From positions 1 to 54,094 of the IMG/VR virus record IMGVR_UViG_3300018059_000002: DNA of 54,094 nucleotides; one strand, written 5' to 3'. The notes beneath the pieces are model-generated. The model was given only the letters and a program-made list of their open reading frames with translations. It was not told the origin of the DNA and did not search any database. Below, piece by piece: positions 16,836 through 24,136 of the stretch. Made by a program: the position numbers and the translations under genes. Origin of the DNA: a virus. Numbering within the stretch: position 1 is the stretch's first letter; each line of letters begins with the position of its first letter.

Positions 16836-19237
16836 AAAAGTTTTACGGTTTTATTGGTTGTTTGTTGTTTAGCGTTGCGGCATTCGGTGCAACGTTTAAT
16901 TTATTTTCACCGGCTAGTGGCGTACTCAAAGGCAATCCTGCGACATACGTAACAACATCTGCAACATCTACTGATGTTAAATCTCTATGGTCCGGCACGT
17001 GCGACAACACCACGTACTTACGCGGTGATGGTAGTTGTCAAACGCCGCCCGGTACCGGAGGGGGTACCGTTAACAGTGTGGCCCTTAGCGCGCCTTCGAT
17101 ATTCAGCGTGTCAGGTTCACCAGTTACGACAACAGGAACGCTCGGTCTAACGTTTGCAGGGGGCCAGACTGCAAACCAATTCCTTGCCACACCTGATGGT
17201 GTTGCGGGCGCAGTCGCGCTTAGGTCGATGGTGGCGGCAGATGTCCCAAGTTTAGATCTTGTTACCAAGACGACTACCACTCTCACAGGGCTATTGAAAG
17301 GCACGGGGAGCGGCGCTCCCAGCGCGTACACCGGTACCAGTTGTACAAATCAATTTCCTCGCAGCATTAATGTGAGCGGCGCAGCAACGTGCGCCAGCGT
17401 AGATGTAGCTCTTGACATCACAGGTATTACGCCGGCAACGAACGGCGGTACAGGAAGCGGGTTTACCGCATTTTCTGGCCCGGCCGCGTCGACCAAAACC
17501 TTTATCTTGCCTAATGCGTCAAGCACTATTCTCACCAGTAATGCGGCGGTCACTGTAGCGCAAGGCGGCACAGGTGTTGCTACGTTGACGGGCATTGCGA
17601 AAGGTAATGGCCCGTCGGCCTTTACGACCGCAGTCTCAGGCGATGTGACGACGTTGTGGGGCGGCACGTGCGACGGCACGACTTACTTGCGTGGTGATGG
17701 TAGTTGTCAAACGCCGCCTACGGGCGGATCGGGAGCTAACCCGAGCGCAACAATCGGGTTAACGGCAGTCAACGGTGCGGCCATCACGTTTATGCGTAGT
17801 GACGGCGCCCCGGCTTTGAGCCAGAGCATTACGCCAACGTGGACGGGCGTGCACGCGTGGACTAGATCCACCACAGGACAGACCCTAACAGGCACAAACT
17901 CAAACGCTGCTGCTAATACTTGGTCTGAGTGGGTAAGCACAAACAGCAGTGGGCACGGCCTACATTTAACACATACGTCGGCAGCGTCAAACGCATCCTT
18001 TATCCCCGGCGCACCGGCTTCAGAGGCGGGTCTGATATACACGGACGCTGCGGTGCCCATGGTGCTTGGTACTAGCAACACCAGCCGTGTGCAAATTGGT
18101 GCGGCAGGCAACGTCACTATCAATGCGCCGAGTAGCGGTGTGGCTTTAGCTATTCCATCTGTAGGTATGACAGTTAACGGCGCGACTATCGCAACGGCTG
18201 ATGGCATTGCTGGAAGGCTGCTGATTGGAGACGGGACCGCAACTAACACGGCGTTGCGAATTAACTCTGGGTCTGCAACTGTTCTCAGCATTGACGCCGT
18301 GTTAAGTAATAGTAGCGCCTCAGAAAAAATACTTGCTTTCCAGGACAATGGTGGGGCAACAACGTTCGGCGGAGTTATTACAGCCAAAGCCATTAATAAC
18401 GCGATACTGATGTCTGGTGCGACTACTAACAACCAATACTTACGTTCCACTACAACCGGTGCTGACAGCATCTTCGGCTCAGACAGCAGCTCAGGCGCGT
18501 CTATATTTAGCGGCTCCCCTGCTTATGCAACGATGCTCGGAACGACTGGGGCTACATCGGTAGTAATCGGCACTAACAGCGCGAAGCGTGTTGAGGTTAC
18601 CAGCGGTGGAGCAGTAACCATCGCAGCCGCCAGTGCAGCGAGATCGTTGCAGGTAAGCGGCGCGGCGAATCAGTACACACAATCGATAACGGCTAGCAGC
18701 ACCGCAAGTCAATCTTTTGGGTTATTAATTGATGCCGGTACGAATGCTTCCGACGTTGCGCTTAATGTGCGCAACCAAGCTGCCACGCTGCAAAACTTCA
18801 CGGTCACAGGTGTTGGCGCAATCGCCGTAAACAATGGTTCATATGGCACAGCCGGGCAAGTTCTGACTTCCGGAGGTTCGACTGCTGCCGCTACGTGGAC
18901 GAGCCCTGCCGCAACCACCATATCTGGTGGGTCTATTGCGTCTAACGGTAGCGGAAGCTGTTCTCTCACCACTAACGCTACCGTGGGGCTCGCCTCATGC
19001 TCGGTCAGCTCTACGGTTATGACTGTGACTTTCTCGAATACTGCCGCTCATTTTTGGGTGTGCTCGGCGTCAAACGAAAGTTCCAGTGCCGCGTATATCG
19101 TTAATACGGGCCGCGTTGGAACGACCACTGCAACTATACGCTCGTGGAATTTAACGTCGACAGGCCCTATCACGTGGAGCACGGTTGACCCTTCAACAAC
19201 AGCCATTACATACCAGATAACTTGTCAGCCTGTTTAA
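16832..19237 (+). CDS. Large tail fibre-like protein with hydrophobic N-terminus
   Basis: Start trimmed to the ATG at 16832 (ATGA overlap), giving 801 aa rich in Gly/Thr/Ala/Ser. GTAGQVLTSGGSTAAATW is a common fibre motif. The N-terminus MKKFYGFIGCLLFSVAAFGA looks like a signal peptide. Confidence 0.6.
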   Translation: MKKFYGFIGCLLFSVAAFGATFNLFSPASGVLKGNPATYVTTSATSTDVKSLWSGTCDNTTYLRGDGSCQTPPGTGGGTVNSVALSAPSIFSVSGSPVTTTGTLGLTFAGGQTANQFLATPDGVAGAVALRSMVAADVPSLDLVTKTTTTLTGLLKGTGSGAPSAYTGTSCTNQFPRSINVSGAATCASVDVALDITGITPATNGGTGSGFTAFSGPAASTKTFILPNASSTILTSNAAVTVAQGGTGVATLTGIAKGNGPSAFTTAVSGDVTTLWGGTCDGTTYLRGDGSCQTPPTGGSGANPSATIGLTAVNGAAITFMRSDGAPALSQSITPTWTGVHAWTRSTTGQTLTGTNSNAAANTWSEWVSTNSSGHGLHLTHTSAASNASFIPGAPASEAGLIYTDAAVPMVLGTSNTSRVQIGAAGNVTINAPSSGVALAIPSVGMTVNGATIATADGIAGRLLIGDGTATNTALRINSGSATVLSIDAVLSNSSASEKILAFQDNGGATTFGGVITAKAINNAILMSGATTNNQYLRSTTTGADSIFGSDSSSGASIFSGSPAYATMLGTTGATSVVIGTNSAKRVEVTSGGAVTIAAASAARSLQVSGAANQYTQSITASSTASQSFGLLIDAGTNASDVALNVRNQAATLQNFTVTGVGAIAVNNGSYGTAGQVLTSGGSTAAATWTSPAATTISGGSIASNGSGSCSLTTNATVGLASCSVSSTVMTVTFSNTAAHFWVCSASNESSSAAYIVNTGRVGTTTATIRSWNLTSTGPITWSTVDPSTTAITYQITCQPV
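17024..17049 (+). repeat. 26-nt direct repeat, copy 1 (ggtgatggtagttgtcaaacgccgcc)
   Basis: Identical 26-mer at 17693-17718, in frame. It encodes GDGSCQTPP within the repeated LW-x-GTCD-x-TTYLRGDGSCQTPP module. Confidence 0.9.
17693..17718 (+). repeat. 26-nt direct repeat, copy 2
   Basis: Identical to 17024-17049, 669 nt downstream, in the same reading frame. Confidence 0.9.
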
Positions 19238-19246
19238 ATTAGTGAC

Positions 19247-19516
19247 TTGACTGACTACAAAATACAACATTCACCGATGGCTGCCGCTATGGAACATGAC
19301 AACATCTCTTTTATGTTAGGTAGACTCACAAGTAGCGTTGATGCGCTATCGACTCGCATCGAAGGGGTAGAGTCGTCTGTAAAAACGCTCAACGAACACA
19401 TGAACCAAACAAAAGGCGGAATGCGCGTGCTGTTGTTATTGTGTTCAGGCTCCGCGGTGATTGGTGGCGGCTTTGTTGCATTCCTACAGTGGCTTGTTGC
19501 TAGGGTGCACATATGA
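19247..19516 (+). CDS. Putative holin-like membrane protein
   Basis: 89-aa ORF. The track start is TTG 19247; ATG 19277 is an alternative. It has a soluble N-terminus and one C-terminal TM segment (VLLLLCSGSAVIGGGFVAFLQWLV). It is the first gene after the fibres and overlaps the next gene by 4 nt (ATGA). Confidence 0.4.
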   Translation: MTDYKIQHSPMAAAMEHDNISFMLGRLTSSVDALSTRIEGVESSVKTLNEHMNQTKGGMRVLLLLCSGSAVIGGGFVAFLQWLVARVHI

Positions 19517-19986
19517 ATCTTGTTTTGATCCGCGATACGTTTACGCAGTTTGAAACGTTGGGCACGCTGACGATTAGCAACCAACGTTTCCACAGTGTTG
19601 AGCGCCCTTGGATCGCCGGTAGCAGCCCAGGCGAAGACGGCGGCGAACCGGGGTTGTCCTGTGTTCCCGCGGGAATCTATCAGCTCGTGTTGCACGACAC
19701 CTTGGCGCACCCGAAGACATTCGCGCTTGTCAATGCTGTGCTTGATGTAGTGCATTTACCTGCACCGGGGTTTCGTTCGTCGGTCTTGATCCATTCTGCG
19801 AATTGGGCTTACCAGTTAAAAGGATGCATCGCATTAGGTTTGGGTAGAATTCCCAACACGCCGGAAGCCGATCGCGCCCGCGCGCTGTGGCGCGTTACCA
19901 GCTCTCTAGCGGCCATGAGCAAATTTTCTCGCCTCATTCCGTGGGAGTTAGGGCATACTCTCGAAATACGTAACATAACCGCGTAG
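19513..19986 (+). CDS. Putative cell-wall hydrolase/endolysin (DUF5675- or YkuD-like motif)
   Basis: 157 aa. LSCVPAGIY...VLIHSANWAYQLKGCIALG recalls the H...G-C catalytic motif of L,D-transpeptidase-fold enzymes. It is flanked by membrane-protein genes. Confidence 0.4.
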   Translation: MNLVLIRDTFTQFETLGTLTISNQRFHSVERPWIAGSSPGEDGGEPGLSCVPAGIYQLVLHDTLAHPKTFALVNAVLDVVHLPAPGFRSSVLIHSANWAYQLKGCIALGLGRIPNTPEADRARALWRVTSSLAAMSKFSRLIPWELGHTLEIRNITA

Positions 19987-19997
19987 GAGCCGCCACC

Positions 19998-20348
19998 ATG
20001 GCCGACGAGACCCCCGCTCAAGCTGTGCAACCTTTGATCCCGCCGGCACCGTGGTACACCTCCCCGGCGCAAGTGGCCGGCGTCATTGCCGGGTTGTCAC
20101 AAATCGCGTCTATCCTTATTCGATGGTTTCATCTCGGGATTACCGACGAGCAATTGCAGGGCTACAGCGCTGACGCGTTACAGCTTGTGACAATCGGCGC
20201 GGGCCTGTGGGCGATGTACAGTCGACAGACCTCAATGATCGCCCCTTTGACGATGACTCGTAAGGGAGCTGACGCATTAACCGCGGCAAACCCACCGCTA
20301 TTGGATGCGGACCCTCGTAAAAAATCTGTCGCCCTCCCGGAGAAATAG
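19998..20348 (+). CDS. Two-TM membrane protein (holin/antiholin candidate)
   Basis: 116 aa with two hydrophobic segments (VAGVIAGLSQIASILIRWF and ALQLVTIGAGLWAMY) and a charged C-terminus. Confidence 0.4.
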   Translation: MADETPAQAVQPLIPPAPWYTSPAQVAGVIAGLSQIASILIRWFHLGITDEQLQGYSADALQLVTIGAGLWAMYSRQTSMIAPLTMTRKGADALTAANPPLLDADPRKKSVALPEK

Positions 20349-20350
20349 CC

Positions 20351-20818
20351 ATGTTCGCGCGTAGTATCTTCACATCTTTACGATTGATAGTTTTGTCGGT
20401 ACTTGCGGCCAGCACGCTTCTAGTTGGGTGTAAGACGACACCCACTTCAAATCAGCAACTAAGCCTTGTGATTTTGGTCGACGCTGCCGTAGGGATCACG
20501 GTGCAGAACGGCAGTAAAGACCCCGCCGCGTGGGCTGAGAGGGCCGCCAAGGTACTCAGCATCGCCCGGCAGCTACAAGCGATCGAACAGGGACAGATCG
20601 CCACGCTACCGGCTTTAACGGCAGCTTTAGCGCCTTTGATCGCCCAGGCGCAGTTGGCGCCGGCGGAACAGCTTGCGGCAAACACACTTATTGCGGCGCT
20701 TGCTCAGGTAATCCAGCAAAACGCCGGCAATGTGAATTTGCCCACACAAGCAACCATTCAATTGATCCTGTCTAACGTGATCCTGGCTGCGAGTGTCTAC
20801 ATTCCGTCATCGCCGTAG
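20351..20818 (+). CDS. Lipoprotein with C-terminal hydrophobic segment (unimolecular spanin candidate)
   Basis: 155 aa. It has a signal peptide with lipobox LLVG-C (Cys27), an Ala/Gln-rich helical body, and the C-terminal hydrophobic stretch IQLILSNVILAASVYI. Confidence 0.4.
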   Translation: MFARSIFTSLRLIVLSVLAASTLLVGCKTTPTSNQQLSLVILVDAAVGITVQNGSKDPAAWAERAAKVLSIARQLQAIEQGQIATLPALTAALAPLIAQAQLAPAEQLAANTLIAALAQVIQQNAGNVNLPTQATIQLILSNVILAASVYIPSSP

Positions 20819-20830
20819 GAGTTTGCAGTA

Positions 20831-22189
20831 ATGACTGATTCACAGCGGGTCTCAATTTTCAGCAACAATGGCGCGCTTACCGCACGTGCACCGGGATTCG
20901 ACCCTATCCCCCTCCCTGTTAATCCTGCCGAGATGGGGGCGTTGGCGATCAATGCTAATAGTAACGGGCGGACTACGTTGGGTATCTGCGGCGACTCCAT
21001 TTCGCAGAATTGTTTTAACGATACGGCGGTCAACAGTATATTTTTCTCGCGCGGTTGGGCAGCTATGGCCCCCGCGATGGCAGGCGTCTATTGCGTGCCT
21101 GTCAAATACGCTACTTCCGGTGCGACGATTCAATCGTGGGCTGCCGAACATCTCGCCAATGTGATCGCTGCGAAGCCTTCTGCTGTGACGCTGATGCTTG
21201 GGGCGAACAATGCAATAAATCCCGGCGGATATCCTTTTGCCGCGTCCATGACTGCGTTAGATGAGATATGCGCGGCCTTAACAACGGCCGGTATCTACGT
21301 TGCCCATCTGCCTACACCGCCGCAAGGATCAATCGCGGCTCCGGTATCCGCGGCGGTTTCTAACTACATCGTTCGGTTAAACAAGCACGTAAGAGATTAT
21401 TGGGTAGGGAAAGCGTTTGGCGAATATGTTGACACGTACTCCACTTTAGTCAGCAGTACTACGGTTAGTGCAGGCACGGTGACCACCAATCCGTGGAAAG
21501 CAAACTACGCCCAGGCGGACGGCCTCAACATTCATCCCTCGCAGTTAGGCGCGTACTACATCTCATACGCGATTTTTCAAAGCGGCGTTTTGCAACGCCT
21601 TTTCCCCGCGTATCAGTTGATTCAATCCAACAGCGATTATATCGGTACTGATTCGACCTCAAATCAGTTACTACCTAACGGATTAATGCTTGGTACTACA
21701 GGCGCACACGATAACGGATTTTCAAGCGGCCCGGTCGCTACCGGCTGGCGACTGTCAGGAGCGGCGAACGTGTCTGTAGTGGCTTCAAAAGCCACTGCTG
21801 ATAGCGGTGTTGGAGAAAAACAAATACTGACGTGCACTGCAACAGGTGCGGGTCAAGTTGCGTTTTACATGACTGGAATCGAAAGTAATTTTACATCCGG
21901 TAACACCATCCGTGCCGCAGCTAGAATAAAGGTTACGGGGGCGACTGCACAAACACGTTGCGTGTGGGAGCTTTTTGCGAGTGGGCCGGGCGACATCCTT
22001 GGGTGGAACGATGGCCCACAAGACGTATCGTTCCCAACCACTCAACAAGAATATCTAGCGGCGATAACGCCTGGAAGAATTCTCACTTATTCATCTGGTT
22101 ACATTCGGCCGTTGTTGTATATCAACTTCAGCGGTGCCGGCGGCGCGGTGATCGAAATATCGCAAGCTGAGATTCGTAAAAATTATTAG
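20831..22189 (+). CDS. SGNH/GDSL-family hydrolase with C-terminal beta-rich domain
   Basis: 452 aa. Block I is LGICGDSISQN, block III is LMLGANNAI, and the block V-like segment is ADGLNIHPSQLG. It is the last gene of the rightward arm. Confidence 0.65.
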   Translation: MTDSQRVSIFSNNGALTARAPGFDPIPLPVNPAEMGALAINANSNGRTTLGICGDSISQNCFNDTAVNSIFFSRGWAAMAPAMAGVYCVPVKYATSGATIQSWAAEHLANVIAAKPSAVTLMLGANNAINPGGYPFAASMTALDEICAALTTAGIYVAHLPTPPQGSIAAPVSAAVSNYIVRLNKHVRDYWVGKAFGEYVDTYSTLVSSTTVSAGTVTTNPWKANYAQADGLNIHPSQLGAYYISYAIFQSGVLQRLFPAYQLIQSNSDYIGTDSTSNQLLPNGLMLGTTGAHDNGFSSGPVATGWRLSGAANVSVVASKATADSGVGEKQILTCTATGAGQVAFYMTGIESNFTSGNTIRAAARIKVTGATAQTRCVWELFASGPGDILGWNDGPQDVSFPTTQQEYLAAITPGRILTYSSGYIRPLLYINFSGAGGAVIEISQAEIRKNY

Positions 22190-22401
22190 GGCGCTGTTCG
22201 ATGCAGGCGCTTTAACCACCTATCGCTGTCGCTTGTCATCGTGGGTTGCAGTTGGCTCTGAGGTACGCTGCGTAGAAAAACGGCGGCGTCTGTCATAGCT
22301 CGTTTTAGTGGATCGCTATCAACGAGCAGCGACCATTGCTCAAGCTCGGTTGCGTGGCGGGTAGCTTCGAGTTTAAAACGGACGAAGTCGTCAGTATTCA
22401 T
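22186..22401 (-). CDS. Hypothetical protein
   Basis: 71-aa ORF whose ATG overlaps the helicase stop (TAATG). It is the last gene of the leftward arm. Confidence 0.5.
   Translation of the reverse strand: MNTDDFVRFKLEATRHATELEQWSLLVDSDPLKRAMTDAAVFLRSVPQSQLQPTMTSDSDRWLKRLHRTAP
22191..22213. terminator. Weak hairpin at the convergence point of the late and early arms
   Basis: gcgctg-ttcgatg-caggcgc (one bulged G) followed by ttt. It lies where the + arm (stop 22187-22189) meets the - arm (stop 22186-22188). Confidence 0.3.
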
Positions 22402-23867
22402 TATGCGGCCTCACGAGCGGTGATGCGCTCGTCCATCAAAAACAATGACGCCTTGGCGCGCGTTGCTGCAACGTAACATAAGTTGCGTTCTTGTTGTCGC
22501 TGCCAGTCTAATCTAACCCACGGGGCCGGACACTGCGACGCATTCAGCCAGAATACGCGGTCGCCCTCCAAGCCTTTTGCTTTGTGGATCGTGGCTAGGG
22601 TGACGGCCGCAGCGGTATCTGAAAATAAGGATTCGATTAAACAACATAGCGCCGGCACGGTTCTGCTGTTTTCATCAAGCGCATCAATCAACGCAAGGAT
22701 GCAATCGCGTTTGTCGACAATTGACTCTGCTTTAGAATCTTGTTTTTTAGCAATTGCTTTTTCGTGTTCGCGCGCACTCCATTGAAACAATTTTTCCGTT
22801 AGCCCGTCGATACCTTTCCCATTTAAACGTTTGATCATGGCGATAAGACCCGCGCCAATTTCACGACCCATAATAACCGCGGGTACGCGCAGTCTGATCA
22901 ACTGGTACACCAAAGTTACAAGCGGTTTAGTTGTGCGACACACGACAAGATCACCATTCGTGAACGTACTCGCATTCCATTTCTGGCCAATGTCTTTCAC
23001 TTCACCGGCAAGTGCGTTAGGCGCAGCTTCAATGTGGGAGACCCATTTACGTACGTAAGTAACCACACTTGTCGGGCAACGGTACGACACCGTCAGCGGT
23101 AACTCTACGCAACCGAACTCGTCAGCGATTAGCTGCATTGAATTTGAATCAGCCCCGCGAAAGCCGTAGATCGCTTGTGCTGGATCACCCACGGCTAACA
23201 ATCGGCTGTGCGGTTTCATAATCTTGCGAATGATCGCACGTTGTATGGCGTTAGTGTCTTGAGCTTCGTCTACAAAAACGTTATCGAATTTCGGTAAACT
23301 GATGCCTTCACGCACTGCTATGTAAAGCATATCGTCGAAATCGACAAGTGGCGATTCGTTCGACCATGTGAGCAGCTCGCTAGCTAACTCGGCTGCACGT
23401 TCGTTGTTGGCGAATTCGCTATCTAGCTCCAAGTCGTGGTGTTCGATTAGATCAAGCCACGCATTAGGTGTGTTCGCTAGTAAACAACCAATGCCGGCGT
23501 TACGGCCGAGGCCCACGAGGCGACAGATAAACGCCCCGTACATTTTTAAATCATTACCTTGCAAATTGTCTTCGCAAAGATTCCGCAGTTTGTTGCTGCA
23601 AACGTCGCGCTGTTCTTTGAATTTCATCACATCGCCAAATGACAATGAGTGAAACGTACGGCCGTTGACGCCGCGCCCCTTCATGGCTGCCGCAATCGAC
23701 TTGTTGAACGCTAAGACTACGTGCGAGCCCTTCGTACGCTTTACAGCTTCCTCTACCGTGGTGGACTTGCCGGAACCTGCAACGGCCTTGATAATGGCGT
23801 TACCGGTGCCGGATTCAACGAAATTGAAGATCGCTTGTTGGTAAGACGACCACGTGCGGGTGTTCAT
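22401..23867 (-). CDS. UvrD/PcrA-like superfamily 1 DNA helicase
   Basis: Walker A is AVAGSGKSTTV and Walker B is VFVDEAQDTN; other motifs are VSYRCP and TIHKAKGLEGDRVF. Start trimmed to ATG 23867 (GGAG 9 nt upstream), because the upstream 11 codons overlap promoter cassette E1. Confidence 0.85.
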   Translation of the reverse strand: MNTRTWSSYQQAIFNFVESGTGNAIIKAVAGSGKSTTVEEAVKRTKGSHVVLAFNKSIAAAMKGRGVNGRTFHSLSFGDVMKFKEQRDVCSNKLRNLCEDNLQGNDLKMYGAFICRLVGLGRNAGIGCLLANTPNAWLDLIEHHDLELDSEFANNERAAELASELLTWSNESPLVDFDDMLYIAVREGISLPKFDNVFVDEAQDTNAIQRAIIRKIMKPHSRLLAVGDPAQAIYGFRGADSNSMQLIADEFGCVELPLTVSYRCPTSVVTYVRKWVSHIEAAPNALAGEVKDIGQKWNASTFTNGDLVVCRTTKPLVTLVYQLIRLRVPAVIMGREIGAGLIAMIKRLNGKGIDGLTEKLFQWSAREHEKAIAKKQDSKAESIVDKRDCILALIDALDENSRTVPALCCLIESLFSDTAAAVTLATIHKAKGLEGDRVFWLNASQCPAPWVRLDWQRQQERNLCYVAATRAKASLFLMDERITAREAA

Positions 23868-23883
23868 GCGTGCGGCTCCGGTT

Positions 23884-23940
23884 CGTTCAGTGTGGAGCAA
23901 TCCTAACTGACGAGGTCGTCAGGCGTCAAGTGATGCGCGT
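23884..23940 (-). promoter_or_regulatory. Early promoter-operator cassette E1
   Basis: Minus strand: TTGACG (23929-23924), an 18-nt spacer holding the dyad CTGACGACCTCGTCAG (23922-23907), then TAGGAT (23905-23900), then the leader box CTCCACACTGAACG (23897-23884). Confidence 0.55.
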
Positions 23941-24136
23941 CTTGTTTCTCGAACATTATGCCTCCACACTCGCACGGTGCGGGCACACGCATAGGTGCAC
24001 CAAATTGGTAGACTTTACCGCAGCTCATACAGCGCCATCGGACGCTTTTCATCCCTTCGTTGGGTTTTAGAATGCGATCAGGCTCCCCAAATTCACGCAA
24101 TACATCGGCTCGCGTTTTAATCTTCCCACTTACCAT
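23903..24136 (-). CDS. Small Zn-ribbon protein
   Basis: Start trimmed to ATG 24136 (MVSGKIK...); the longer track ORF overlaps the polymerase out of frame. CMSCG...CECGG forms a four-Cys ribbon. The C-terminus PDDLVS is encoded by the E1 dyad. Confidence 0.5.
   Translation of the reverse strand: MVSGKIKTRADVLREFGEPDRILKPNEGMKSVRWRCMSCGKVYQFGAPMRVPAPCECGGIMFEKQDAHHLTPDDLVS

Noticed and set aside
17707-18471. Long antisense ORFs inside late genes: 17707..18471 (-, 254 aa), 17350..17679 (-), 9255..9821 (-), 722..1240 (-) and 19255..19755 (-).
   Set aside because: They lie opposite strongly supported structural genes. Their Ala/Val/Pro/Arg-rich, low-complexity composition is what the mirror frame of Gly/Thr/Ala-rich genes produces. 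They have no RBS or operon context.
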